A stretch of 64,000 nt of DNA from Vicugna vicugna. Lineage: Eukaryota. Below are positions 22,980 through 34,900 of this stretch, in pieces. The DNA lies in NCBI GenBank assembly GCA_013265495.1, contig MU057887.1, positions 1,625,985 through 1,689,984 of the forward strand, in the 5' to 3' direction. The position numbers were made by a program, and so were the translations under genes. The notes beneath the pieces are model-generated. The model saw only the letters and a program-made list of their open reading frames with translations, had not been told where the DNA came from and searched no databases. How positions within the stretch are numbered: the stretch's first letter is position 1; each line of letters starts with the position of its first letter.

Positions 22980-25900
22980 AATATTCTTAATGCAGAAGAA
23001 TGGCCAGATTTAGTCATCAGGACAAGGCCTTGTGTGTGTGTGTGTGTGTAATAGCAATTGCATAATTGGGTTTTTTTAAATCCACGCCACTCTTTGGGTT
23101 GCCCCCCCTCAGGTGTTCCCTGGGGTTAGACATTATTCAATTACAGGTTTAATGACCTTCCGGGAAATACGACACATCGGTTCTGTGGCTTTTTGCACAC
23201 ACGTGAGTGCCGCGGGGGCAGCTGGGGTGCTGTCTCCTTTGTCCCATTGGCATCAGAGTCAGCCTGTGAGCAGCACGACCTTGTGAAGGGCGGCAGCGCG
23301 TGGCCCAGCTCACAGGGCTCTGCGCTTCCTGGCTAGTGGGTGACGGAGCTTCCTGAGAGCCGGTCCCGCCGGGTGCCGAGTGCCCTGCCCGACCTCGCGC
23401 TCTGAGCCCGTGGAGCGGGCCCGGGTCAGTGGTGACTCCCCATCTTACCAAGCCCCCTGGTAGATGTGGCCGCGTTGAGACTGAACCCCCACCTCTGACT
23501 CGCTCCAGCGGGCTGCCTCTCTCAGGGACTTGGGGCGCAGGTGTGGAGCAGTGTCTGGGGGAGTGTGGAAGGTGGGGCGTTCCCGTGTTGTGCTCCAAGT
23601 CATTGTCTTGGACGTGAGGCCCCAGTCGCCCAGAGCTCTTCAGGTGGAGCGCAGGAGGGGGAGGCCGCTGCTGCCTGCTGTCGCCGTGACCTCTTTGGTT
23701 GTGACCCGTCCATCTTTTCTTTGAGGCGCACGCCCTTCGTCCTTCCCTTTTGTCCAGGTTCGTGTGATTGGCATAAGATCTGGCGTTTTGAGTTCGTCGG
23801 GTCAGGGTAGCAGCCAGCGGTGTTGAACTTGCTCTGTGCTGTGTCCAGGCACTGGGCACGCCCGGGCCACTCCCTCCCTCCCCTCTCATGGCCTTGTGCG
23901 TGCACCCCTCCAGCTGGGCCTCTGGGGCTCCTCGGGTGTCCCGTGGAGGGAGGGCTGTCCTTAAGGACAGGAGGCTTTATCCTCAGTTTGCCCCCAAGGG
24001 GGTCCCAGGTGGTGCTGTCTTCCGCAACCAGCCTTGGTGGTCTTTGGCTTCAGGGAAGCATAGCTGTGCTAGGCTGTGTGTCATTGTCTGGTCACATGGC
24101 TGTGGTCCAGGACATGTCCTGGGCACAGGGCAGCAAGCTGGCCTCAGATTCCCTTGGACAGGGGACCGTGGGCATCCTGATATTTGACCGGCTTGTTTTT
24201 GCCAGATGCAGGCACCGGGTGGTGGCTGAAGCCACTGTGGAAAAGCTTCAGTGCCTGTCGCTGGACGGGCCAGGAGGGCCTGTTGGGATGTGTGGCGAGA
24301 TGTCAGGGGACAGGCTCCGTGGTCAGGCAGCACAGGGGCTGCGGGGGAAGGAAGCAGGGCTCATCCCTCCCTCCATGCATCCTCAGGTGTTTAGCAGCTG
24401 CTCGCTGAGTGCCAGGTCCTGTGCTGGAGGCGACGTGTTTGACCTGTGCGCTGTGGGAGCCGCCTGTGGCTGTGAGGTCAGTGGCAGGAGACGGGGCAGG
24501 GCTGGCCCTGGTGGAGAGGGTGGTGCAGGTGAAGCGTGTGGACGGTGGGGCTGAGTGGTGGCGCCCGCAGCAATGGGCAGGGACGTTGGCAGCGCAGCTG
24601 CCCCAGGGACAGGCAGGTAGCAGTGACCTCAGGTCTCAGGGCCACCCAGCCGGAGAGCTGCCCCTGGGCCCGGGTGCCCGAGGGCGCTCGTTTGCCTCTT
24701 GAGTCTGCGGCACCGCGGGGTGAGGGGTCTCTGAAGATCACGGTGGTGGGAGCAGCTGGATCCTAGAGGGTCTGGCTCATCTGACGAGGGCGTTTGGTTC
24801 TGAGGCAGCCAGGGCACCATGGGGAAAACACTGTGACGGGGAGGGATGCTGAGATCTGGCGGCAGCTCCTGCCTTGGCCACCTTCCTGCCTTCTCGTCGC
24901 TCGGTCCATCCTTGGTCTCAGGTACCTCGTCTGTGAAATGCAGGGACCGGTGCAGTGGGCAGCGGAGGTCGGAAGGTCGGACATAGTGCCTCTGTTCTGT
25001 GGGCAGTAGGGAGCCTGAAGGCTTTGGGGTCAGGAGTGGAATGATCAGAACTGCACTTCGGGGAGGTTAATCTGGCTTCTGTTCCTTTGTGATGACCCCG
25101 CTGAAGGGCGGCAGGTGACACTGAAATTCAGCTGCGAGGGAATCAGCTGTGCTCTGAGCTGTGGCTGTGGGAACTCCCCCGTGTGGTCCGTGGCTCCCTG
25201 GCCCTTCTCCTGCTCCCTCCCAGCGCTGGCCCTTTCTCCTCCGCGCACCCTGTGGTCACGGCAGGCTCAGGAGTAATGAGGCTCTTCGGGGCTGGTGGTG
25301 GTGGGGAGCAGACGTGGGGACGTTCACGCATCCTGTGCATCACAAGAGGCCCCACCAGGCTGGCTTGGAGGTGGGCAGGCTCTGTGGCTCTTCAGGTGAG
25401 CCTGGCTCCCCCTGCTCGGGCCCGTCCTGCTCGGAGCCGCAGGTTGCGCCCCTCGGGGGTCCTGGGGCCGGCACACCCTTCCTCTCGCTCATGAGGCCGT
25501 CCTAACCGGGGTTCGGTGGACGTCGGCGAGGCAGGGCGGAAGGCTCACCGTGTTTCAGTTTTAAAGATGCCACCAGCGCGTGTGGGACTTTGGACTGGAT
25601 TCCTTGATCCTTGTGTCGCTGTCGTGCTGCTGTTAAATTTAGGAACTACCGGTGATTTCCAGGAAAACGTCTCTTCATCCTCGTAAGCTTGCATTTGCCT
25701 GTTTCAGCCTACTCTTTAGCTCGCATTTGTTGATTAATTTCCGCTGTGATTCTTCCAAGTCGCTGTGCGCTGTTTTGGCCCTCCCTGGTGCGCGGCGTCG
25801 TGCTCATCGCTGACACACTCCGTGGTGTCCGGAGCTGCCCATGTCGTGAGTCTGTGGCTGCCACTGCGGGCCCGCCAGCAGCCGGCTCTCGGTGCCCGGG

Positions 25901-26904
25901 GCCTTTCTGTATGCAGGGCGCTGGGTTTCATTCACTGGTCCCTTTACTGTGGTGACCTGCGAGGTCAGACCGTCGGATGCTTCTCTTTATTCATAGTTAC
26001 TTCCTCAGTAGAATGTATACCGAGTTAGTAAGACACAGATGTCCTGTGTGTGCCAGTTCAGTCAAAAGCCATTAAAGCTTTTCCAGATTTGGGCCTTAAG
26101 TACTTGAAAATTCTCCCCCCATTACCTAAACCAAATATTTAAGTACAAAATCTATTTAGCAAAGTCATTTTTCGATCTTCAGCGTGCCGCATTTAATTTA
26201 CAGTTCTTCTCGCTGAAATTTTAAATTTGCTTTGGCAAGATTTTTCTTGAGAGAGAAATTTTATTTTCATTGTAACTTTCTGTTGTCTCCTTCGTCTTCC
26301 TGGGCTGGAGGGAGAACCTGCTTACTAGTAGTGAAAGTTGTTTCTGATGATTTCATTCAATTAAACTACGTTGTGAGCTTCTGGTGGGCGAGGCTTCCCC
26401 CGGGAGAGATCCGGTGCAGACACTTACCGTGGTGCACGGAGGGACTGGGCGCCTGGGCGTACACAGGTGAAGAGGTGTTGCGTTTTCCCTGGGGCTTGGG
26501 CTGGGGGTGGGCACGGGTGGGCCCTCCTGGGCCAGAGGGATGACAGAGATGAGCTCTCTGAGCCGCTGCCCGGATGCAGGACCGGGCGGCGTGCTCCGTA
26601 AGGGGGGGCACCTGGTGGGCCAGGCAGGGACCTGAAAACCTCGGGAGTAGCTGGGAGGGGGCGAGGGTGACGTATGCCTCTCAGTGTGGGGGCTGGGGGC
26701 ACAGCTGGAGCCTGCGCGGGAGCCAGGGGTGGTCGCCTTCTCTCGGCTGTGTGTCCGGATGGCGCCCAGCCGTCTTTCACCGGGTGTTCGCGCCGCAGGA
26801 ACCCAGCCTTACCTTGTGGGGTGTTAACTTTGTTTATCTTCGGTATTTTCAAGTATAATTTAAAATGATAGATGCTCAATGTGTGAAGTTGAGCACATGC
26901 TGCA

Positions 26905-27080
26905 AATAATAATAATAAAGCTAGGATTGACTTTTTTGATGTTCACCATGTGCCATGCGTGGTGTTTACTGCTTTCTCTGCATTCTCTTGATTCTTACAA
27001 GACCCTGTGAGGTGGACACAGCCCCCCGGGAGCAAGGTCACAGAGAAAGCCAGCTGTACACTGCTGCCCTGGCTGCTCCG
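26905..27080. mobile_element. MIR fragment
   Basis: ATAATAATAATAAAGCTAGG...TTGATGTTCACCATGTGCCA...ATTCTTACAAGACCCTGTGAGGTGG. Confidence 0.55.
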
Positions 27081-27876
27081 GGTGGAAAGAGCTCATCTTT
27101 GTGTCTTTCGGGAGGGTCTTTGTGGTGTATCTGTCTCCTCCTTGGACTTGAGACCAAGCGTGTGCTTATCTGGGCATCTCCCTGGTTTCACTTATTATAA
27201 ATGATGTCTTTCCCAAGATAGTAATGTTCTCTGAAAGCATGATTGTTTACGGCTGTGTGAAAGTCATTAAAGTGCACCCATTTCTGCCATTTGCTCACGG
27301 GTGAGACATTTCTTAAGCCATTCCCCTATTACTCGGGCATTTCAGTCGTTTTCAGTTTTGGTTTTGTTCTTTATTTATCGTCACGATGAACCCCGAGGAC
27401 CACGCCCGCATCATAACTCTGGCCACTTCCGTGTCTCCTGAGCATAAATCTCTAGCCTGGACTCGGTATTAACGGAGGAGCGTCGTGGCCACCCGGGCGC
27501 CCCTGCCCCCCTGCACGACCCTTCCGCTCCCCGGCGGGCCTGTGTGGTCCGACAGCAGCTGCCGACTCGCTCGCTCTCTGCCCTTTCGTTCCCTCCCCGT
27601 CAGTGTGTGTGAATTGAAGTGCCCCGGGCACACAGTCATTTATTTGGACCCTTCTGAGGCTGTTGCACTCAGGGGCTGCAGTCCTGCCTTCCTTCTGCTC
27701 GACTGGATAAGGTTTTCCTACTCAAGCCTTGCTAGGTTCCTCTCAGTGGGCAGGCATTTTTGACAAGGTTGCAGGCATTTCTTATTTTAGTTAACTATTC
27801 ACTGTCTCCCTAAGTCCTCTTCATTCAGTCTTTCGCTTGTGGATTGATTCATTAATCTACCTGGAGAACGTTTCTT

Positions 27877-28012
27877 TTTTAAAAAAACCTTTAAAAATTA
27901 AAACGTAAATGTTTTAAATTTAAAGTTTTATTTTTAACGAGGGCACTGGGGATTGAACCCGGGACCTCCTGCATGCTAAGCGTGCGGCTACCACTGAACT
28001 GTCTCTCCCACC
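27877..28012 (-). mobile_element. Vic-1-like SINE with 17-bp TSD, inserted in an L2-like relic
   Basis: Minus-strand tRNA-like head (...GTTCAGTGGTAG...GCTTAGCATGCAGGAGGTCCCGGGTTCAATCCCCAGTGCCC). TSD CCTGGAGAACGTTTCTT (27860-27876) / CCTGGAGAACATTTCTT (28013-28029). Confidence 0.9.
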
Positions 28013-30585
28013 CCTGGAGAACATTTCTTAAGCTTCCAGCTGACACTAGGCCTTGAGGATACAAAGATACGTTGTCAGTCGCACTCCCTGGTGTGGAGAA
28101 ACAGACCAGTCGAATTCCAGGCTGCAGAGGGGAAGGATCTCTGACCTCAGTGGGGGGAGAAAGGATGGATGGAAGGTGGGGGCGGGGGAGGCGTGGCACG
28201 GGGACAGGGACCACAGGATGAGTGGCCTGAGTGAGACGTGCTGCTGGTGGCTTGGGTCCAGTGGAAGGGTGTGGCGGGGGCCTGTGGGGTGTGTGTGCAC
28301 CTGTGGGAGATGGAGCTTGGCAGGGCGGTCTGGCCACAGCTGGAAGAGCAGGCTCTGGAAAGGTGAAGCAGTTTGGATTTTATCCATCTCCCTGCTCGTG
28401 GCTCTTTAAGAATGTCCCGCTCCCCCTTGGGCAAGTCTCGGATCCTTGGTTGGCCCCTCTCCCTCTCTGGCCGAGCTTCTCGCCAGTCCTCATCTTTGTA
28501 CTTGAAGCTCCGTAGCACCAGGTCAGCGGTCCCTGTGCACGCCCAGCGCTGGGCCCCGCTTCACACCTGTACATCCTGGTTCGGGAGGTGTCTCTGGGGG
28601 ACCCTGTGCTTAGTCCCCTCGGATCCCGGTGGCTCCGCCTGGGCCTGGCTCAGGGCCCTGCTCGGTGATTTCTGGTCAACGGAAGCGCATCTCCCCCAGC
28701 CCCAGTTGAGAAGTTCAGCACCACCCTCTAAGCACCACGTGAGGTTGCCAGTGTCCAGTTGGATTAGGTGAATTTTGAGGAGGGCTCGAAGGAACGTCAG
28801 TCCCATTGGAAGCAAATCCAAGAATCACAGCACCATTACCGGACTGGGTTGTCACAGGGCCTGTGGCACGCTGGGCTCTGTGTTGGGGGGCAGCCCAGCG
28901 AGGGGAGCACAGCAAGTGCCCGGCCTCCAAGGTGCACACAGGTGAGGTCGTGATGCAGCAGGTGACAGGACGAGGTCACGATTCCCGAGTGTCCCAGAGC
29001 GATTTGGCCAGCTCTGGTTGCACATGAGCAGAAGGGGACATGAGCTCGTCGGCTGGGCCTGGCAGAGTCTGGGGGCTTCGATTGGCCTTGAAGGGCTGGG
29101 GAGGGGGTCAGGTCAGCAACAGAAGGGCCCCCAGGACTCAGAGCTGCGTCACCCTGGGCACATGCACCAGTCGGTCACTGTCTCCCAGGGAGTTTCAAAG
29201 AAAAGGGACGAGACCAGTCCTTGGCCTCTCCCAACGCTGGTGGCCTCGGAAGCCTGGGTGGTAACCCCCGTTCTGGGGTGGACGTAACAGGAGTGCTCAG
29301 GCTGTATCTGGAGCTCACTGTCGGGAGCCATGGGGCTGGGCTGTGCTTGACTTTGGGAGGTGGTAGGGCTCCTCCAGACCTCAGTCAGTCACCATAACCC
29401 ACAGCATTGTCAGTCAGAATCAGGCAAAGGTGCGACAGAGTAAAAGACCCTGTGATTGGATGAGTGCCGTGTGCCTATTATAGGTTTGGGAGATGCAGGG
29501 AATGGCTGCAAACAAACCATCGGCTGTAGCTGTATCTCACTGCCCAAAAGGTGGTCCGGCCCCTAGCATGGCCAGTGTTACCGTGCCTCCCTGCCACCTG
29601 AGGTCAGGTACAGAGGGTGGGTCCCCTCTGGAAGGTCCAAGGTTGGCAGTGAGTTCTCGGGGCAGGTGAGAGGTCGGCTGGCAGGGTGTCCATGCCGCTT
29701 GGGGTGGAGGCTGCAGCTGATCAGCCTGGCGTGACTCCTGTCCACAGCACTTCCCGCCAGGTGATGATGAACTTGCGGTGAGGATACGGTGAAGGCTGTT
29801 CAGGAAAGCGCTGAGAGCGGTGCCCGGCACCCAGACAGTCCTTCGCAGATGTTAGCTGTGAGGCTTGGTTTCATTCTCCCGGTCACTTCTGCCTCTGCTC
29901 TCCTGCCTTCTCCTGAATTCTTGATTTAATCTGATCAGTCTGCTGTGCTTTTGGCTCAAGCGCCTGCTGGGTGCCACCAGCACGTGGGAGAAATGGGGCC
30001 CAGTGCCGTGACTCGGGTGGCACGGGTGATGGTCTCAGGCAGCACCTCCCAAGGGGAAGGTGCTGCAGCCACGTGTGCAGTTTCACGTGTTCCGGTAACC
30101 ACGCGAGGTGTGCAGGGAAACAGGAGAAAGGAGCTCTGACTTACCCGTTATTCCAAGGTACACAACATAGTCTCTTAGCATTTAACATATAACTCATGTA
30201 AAAGCTGTGAACAGTAACGTGAGTTCACGTTTTGGTGCCAGGTCTCTGCCACCTGGGGCGCGGGCCACACCGGGAGCCTGGCCCGGCGGCTGCCTGTGCC
30301 GAGGAGCGTGGGGCTCGTCTGGGGCGCGCTTTGGGGCTGTGGAGGTGGACCTGCCAGCAGACCAGAGGTGACAGGGGAGGGAAGGGCCACTGGAGGGGTC
30401 GTTAGGGTGTGGCTGGGCTTTGGGGGGTGGCGTGCTGTTCACTGAGATGGGGAGGGTGTGGGGACAAAAGACAGGGTTTGGGGTACATGGTGCTTGGGTG
30501 CCTGTGAGACAGGCACCTCCACACAGCTGCGGGCGGGGGCAGGGGCGGGGCGGTATCGGGTGGAGCTCCCCCCCCCCGCACGGCC

Positions 30586-30862
30586 TGGCCCTGCCCCCTT
30601 TCCCTGTGCCAGCCTCCTCAGCCAGCCTGCTTCTGGGGCCTGAACTTTGGCTTAAAATAAGGTGTGTGGGCAGCAGGCCTTGTGGAAGCTTTGGAGTCTT
30701 GGGGGTGCGGGAGCTTAACGTAATGGCCCTGCCCACCTTTCCCTGTGCCAGCCTCCTCAGCCAGCATGCTTCTGGGGCCTGAACTTTGGCTTAAAATAAG
30801 GTGTGTGGGCAGCAGGCCTTGTGGAAGCTTTGGAGTCTTGGGGGTGCGGGAGCTTAACGTAA
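30586..30862. repeat. Head-to-tail tandem duplication, 138/139 bp
   Basis: Copy 1 at 30586-30723, copy 2 at 30724-30862; one 1-nt indel and one C/A difference. Confidence 0.95.
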
Positions 30863-31779
30863 CAGCGGTGAAAATAGCTTAAAATCACCTGCTGAACATC
30901 CGTGTTAAAAAAATGCCCTTTCCCCCCAGGAGTGTCTCACAGGCACCTTCTTCTCCCTGGGGGCCGCTTTCTCACCCTGCTCCCCCCTCACGGTGGGTGT
31001 GTGTGGGCGCTTCTGCCCCCGCGGACGACGGCTCGGCGCAGATGCAGCGCGGCCTCCCATTCGGCCTGCGTCTCTCCCCCGGATGCTCGAAGCAAAACGG
31101 AGCTGTGGGGAAATGTGCTTCCTCCTTCGGTGTCTGTACGTTATGCTGTACCTTGTGGCCCAAAAAGATCACGATGATTCATTGGAAGTAAGAGTCGCCC
31201 TCATGCATTAAATGTGTGATATGCGAGCACTTTTAGAAGAAAAGCTCATCGAGGCTGTGGACACAGTGCTCTTTGCTCCCTGAGACGCTAACCACAGCCC
31301 TTCCCATATTAAATGTGCTTTGGGCTCCATGGTTGGGATGCACTGTGGTGCACGTGGCCGCCCCCGTTGTCACAGATTTGTTTCCTCCAGGTTTTCCCCA
31401 CTAACCGCCGCGGAGGATCCTGGTGCTCACGTCCTTGCCCTTCTCTCTGGATCTTTTCTTGGGGTAATTACTGGACGTAAAATGGTTGCTTCAAAGAGTG
31501 TGCCTGTTTTTAAGACTTGATCATGGTTTCTCTTTTTCACATTTCATGGCCTGTCTGTATCTCTGCTGTCGTTTCTCTGTGCACGTCTCCCCGCGATGAT
31601 GTGTGTGTGTGTGAGAGAGGGCCTTTCGTGTTGGCCCAGCAGCTCCTTGTGCTGGTGGTGGGCGGGCAACTCAGGCAGGCACGGCACTTGCCAGGGCACC
31701 AGGTGACCGCTCTGCGGGCCACGCGCCTGGGCGGTGGGTCCAGCCAGGGGCAGGAGTGTTAGGGGCTCAGAGCCTTTGG

Positions 31780-31950
31780 CATTTAGTTCTCGTGGTGATC
31801 CTACAAAGGGAGACTTAGGCCCATCTGACAGCTGAGAAAATGAGGCTCGGAGTTCCCTTGCTGAAGGTAAACTCTGCCATTCAGCAGTAGAGTCAGGACT
31901 TGAACTTGGGCCGTCTGGCTCCAGGACCCATGCTCTGAACCGCGGCACAA
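31780..31950. mobile_element. MIR fragment
   Basis: CCCATCTGACAGCTGAGAAAATGAGGCTCGG...CTTGCTGAAGGT...GCAGTAGAGTCAGGACTTGAACTTGGGCCGTCTGGCTCCAG (MIR core). Confidence 0.7.
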
Positions 31951-34900
31951 ATTCTGCTTCAAAGGAAGTGTGACCGCACATCAAAGCCACCCTCACGGAG
32001 GGCTGGGCACAGTTTTTCTTGCTTCTCTTTATTGACTGCCCCTCCCGTTTCCACTTTGTGTTGAAGAAGACTCGGCAGCACTGTTTTATTGTTTTTCTCT
32101 GTTTTTGGACGTCGTGTCTGTGCGTTTTGCAGAGGGCTCCGGGACAGCAGACTTGCTCGTAGCTGTCTGCTGGCGCTTTCAACAGCGACGCCTGCAGGTC
32201 ACACCTCTGCACGGGTGCCTGTCGGCCTCCTGCCTGCAGCAGCGGCGGGCCGAGGCCCAAGTCCTGGCTCTGCCCGTCCTGGCTGGTGACCTTCCCTGGG
32301 ATTTTTCATCCAGGTTCCTCTTCTGCACAGGGAGTTAATGACGCACACCTTGCGGAGTTGCTGGGGGGCTGACGTGAGGAATGCTGCATTTCCTGGATGC
32401 TCAGAACCCAGGGCCCTGGCCTCCTCAGGCTGCTCACTAATTGTAAAGCATGTGCAGAGTTCTGAAGAAGGAAAGTGGCCCTCAGTGTCATTTCAGGGTT
32501 GGAGAAGTACGACAGTCAGTGGTGATGGAGTTACAGGAACATCCGAGCCCGCGGCCGCTTGGTTGGTGGGCCTCACGAGCAGGCTGGGTGCTAAGTAGGC
32601 TTATTAAAAAATACCAGATCTCCCTGAAATGCAAGCACAGTCATCTCTGGGTTGAAGTTTCTGTTCTGAGGCGCTTCCTCACGTGACTTGATGTGTGAGG
32701 CCGCACACACGGGGTCTGCTTTCCTGTATTCTCTCCCGTGTAAGTTTTCAGCTTTTTCTGAATGAGGCTTCTGTCTTAAGGGTTCACCCCCTCCACCTGC
32801 TCAGGGCCACTCGGCTTCCCTTGGTGTGGACTGATGCGTGGCATTGTCACGTGAGGACTGAGTTGGAGGAGCCCAAAGCTGTTCGTGTCTTACTGCCCTG
32901 ATCTTGTGAGTTTCCCCCACGTACAAGTCTGTCGAGAGCCTGTGCTGGGTCCGTCATAGTGTAACCATGCAGTGACCCTCAGGATTGCCCTTTACCGCCT
33001 GCAGGGAGGCCGCCTGCAGCAGCCTCCTGGGGCCGGACGGCTGTGGGGAGGGAGCTGGTGTCTGATTCCAAAGTACAGGTCGAGGCCATGCTGCCCGGGA
33101 CGGCTCCTGGCTCTCAGCGAGCGCCGAGGGAGTTGTTGACTGAATAAATGGAGTTAGCAAGCCCAGTTTCAGCGTTCTCTTCTTTCTTTTTTTTTTTTGG
33201 TGAAAGATGAGCTCATTGTACAACCTGTTTTTCTCTCTTCGCCAGAGAGCCATCAGCAGAGACTCCTCTTCTGTGGTGGTGTAACGTTGATTGACGTGGT
33301 CCTTTGTGCCGGGAAAACAAATTATGTTAAAATGTTCTTCATGATCTGTTTGTTAGTTTCCCGGCTCAGCAGCACTGTTTGTTAGGACCTGTGTCCCGCC
33401 ACTTACCTACCACGCAGCTGGTGCCGCACGGATGACAGGGCTGCTGCCTCCACCCTGGCCCCGTGGAGGCAGAGGGTGGGGTCTGGTCCCTTACCCTGCG
33501 GTGCCTCTTCCCGTGGAGGCCCCCAGCGTGGTGTCCCCGCCCGGTGCCAGCTCAGGCAGCGGTGGCTGGGCTTGGGAGAAGGGACACGTCCGCTTCCTCG
33601 AGGTGCCCTCGGCCGTCTCCCTGCTGCTGCAGGCTCTGTGTTCGAACGTGCCTGTCCCTCACCCTCATCGGCTGTCCCGAAGAAGCTTCTACCACCGGAA
33701 CCCCGGTGAAGTCCCCTGACCTCCCTTCCCACGGACCCACACTTAAAGCGCGTATACAAACGCACTTCCTAAGCGACAGCCTTGGAGGACCGGAGGCCCG
33801 GCTGCCGGCAGCATGCCCGGGCAGCACAGGTGGCCGGCCTGCCCGGGCGGCGGGGCCGTCATTGCTGCTGGAAGATGCCACTGGCTTGGTTGGCCTGTGC
33901 AGCCCTGCAGGGCAAGTGGGGTCTCTGTTCCAGGGGGCTTTTGAGGTGTGGTGCTGAGCCAGGGCCCCAAGAGAACTGAGCTGAGGTGCCCAGGGGTCCC
34001 CGGGACGACAGGCCCCTTGCTGCTGGGGAATCGGCAAAGGCTTCCCTAGGGTTTGGCCGTCTCGTTTGCCCAGAATGTCCTATGGGACTACGTGAGCAGT
34101 TAAAACCGCCTGCGGGTCTGCATGCAGATCAGGTGACATGAGCCTCCCCTTCCTACCCCCACCCCCCAAAACCCCACCCCCACACCGTCCCTAGGCCAGT
34201 GCCTGCTTCAGCACGCCTGCCCCCGGATACCCGCAGACCCCCGGCACCCTCCTCCGGGGTCGGAAGCAGCCTGAGGGCAGGGCTGCGTGCGCAGAGGCTC
34301 CCCTGCGGCCAGCACGCAGGGTGCCGTCTTGCCCAGTTTCAGAGCCTGTAAGCAGATGGGACACGCTTGCTGAGCATAACGCCTCCCACCCCGGAACTAA
34401 TAATTGTACGTAAAGGTGATAAGGTAAAAAAAAAACGAAGCCAGGTGATTGCTTCAAGAAGGAAGGGGAAGGCTTGAGAGACCTAGGCCGGCAGCCTCTG
34501 CAGCGGCCTGCGGTCCTCCTCGGGGGTCCTGCTCAGCACACCGTCTCCCGGGTGCTGCCTGGCCCCTGGAGACCACGTGGCTGTCTCCCTCCCCCGCCAC
34601 CGTGCGAGTCCCGATTCCGTCATCTCTGGTCTGGACCGCTTTGCGGGTCTCCTGTCTGGCCTTCGTGTGTAGCTTCTCTGGCCGCCCACCTTCCACACGC
34701 GGTGAAAGACAGCGGCCGTCTGCCCGTTAGCTTCTGCTTCAAAGCCTTTGCTAGGCTTCCCGTGGTTCAAGAGTGAAGTTCAGACATCTTCGCCCGGGAC
34801 ACGAGGCCGGGCCCTTCCCGGTCTGCTTGGCCTGCCCCCTTGCCTGGCCGCGGGCTGCTCTCTGCCACTCACTTCCCTCTGGCCACATGGACTTGTCTGT

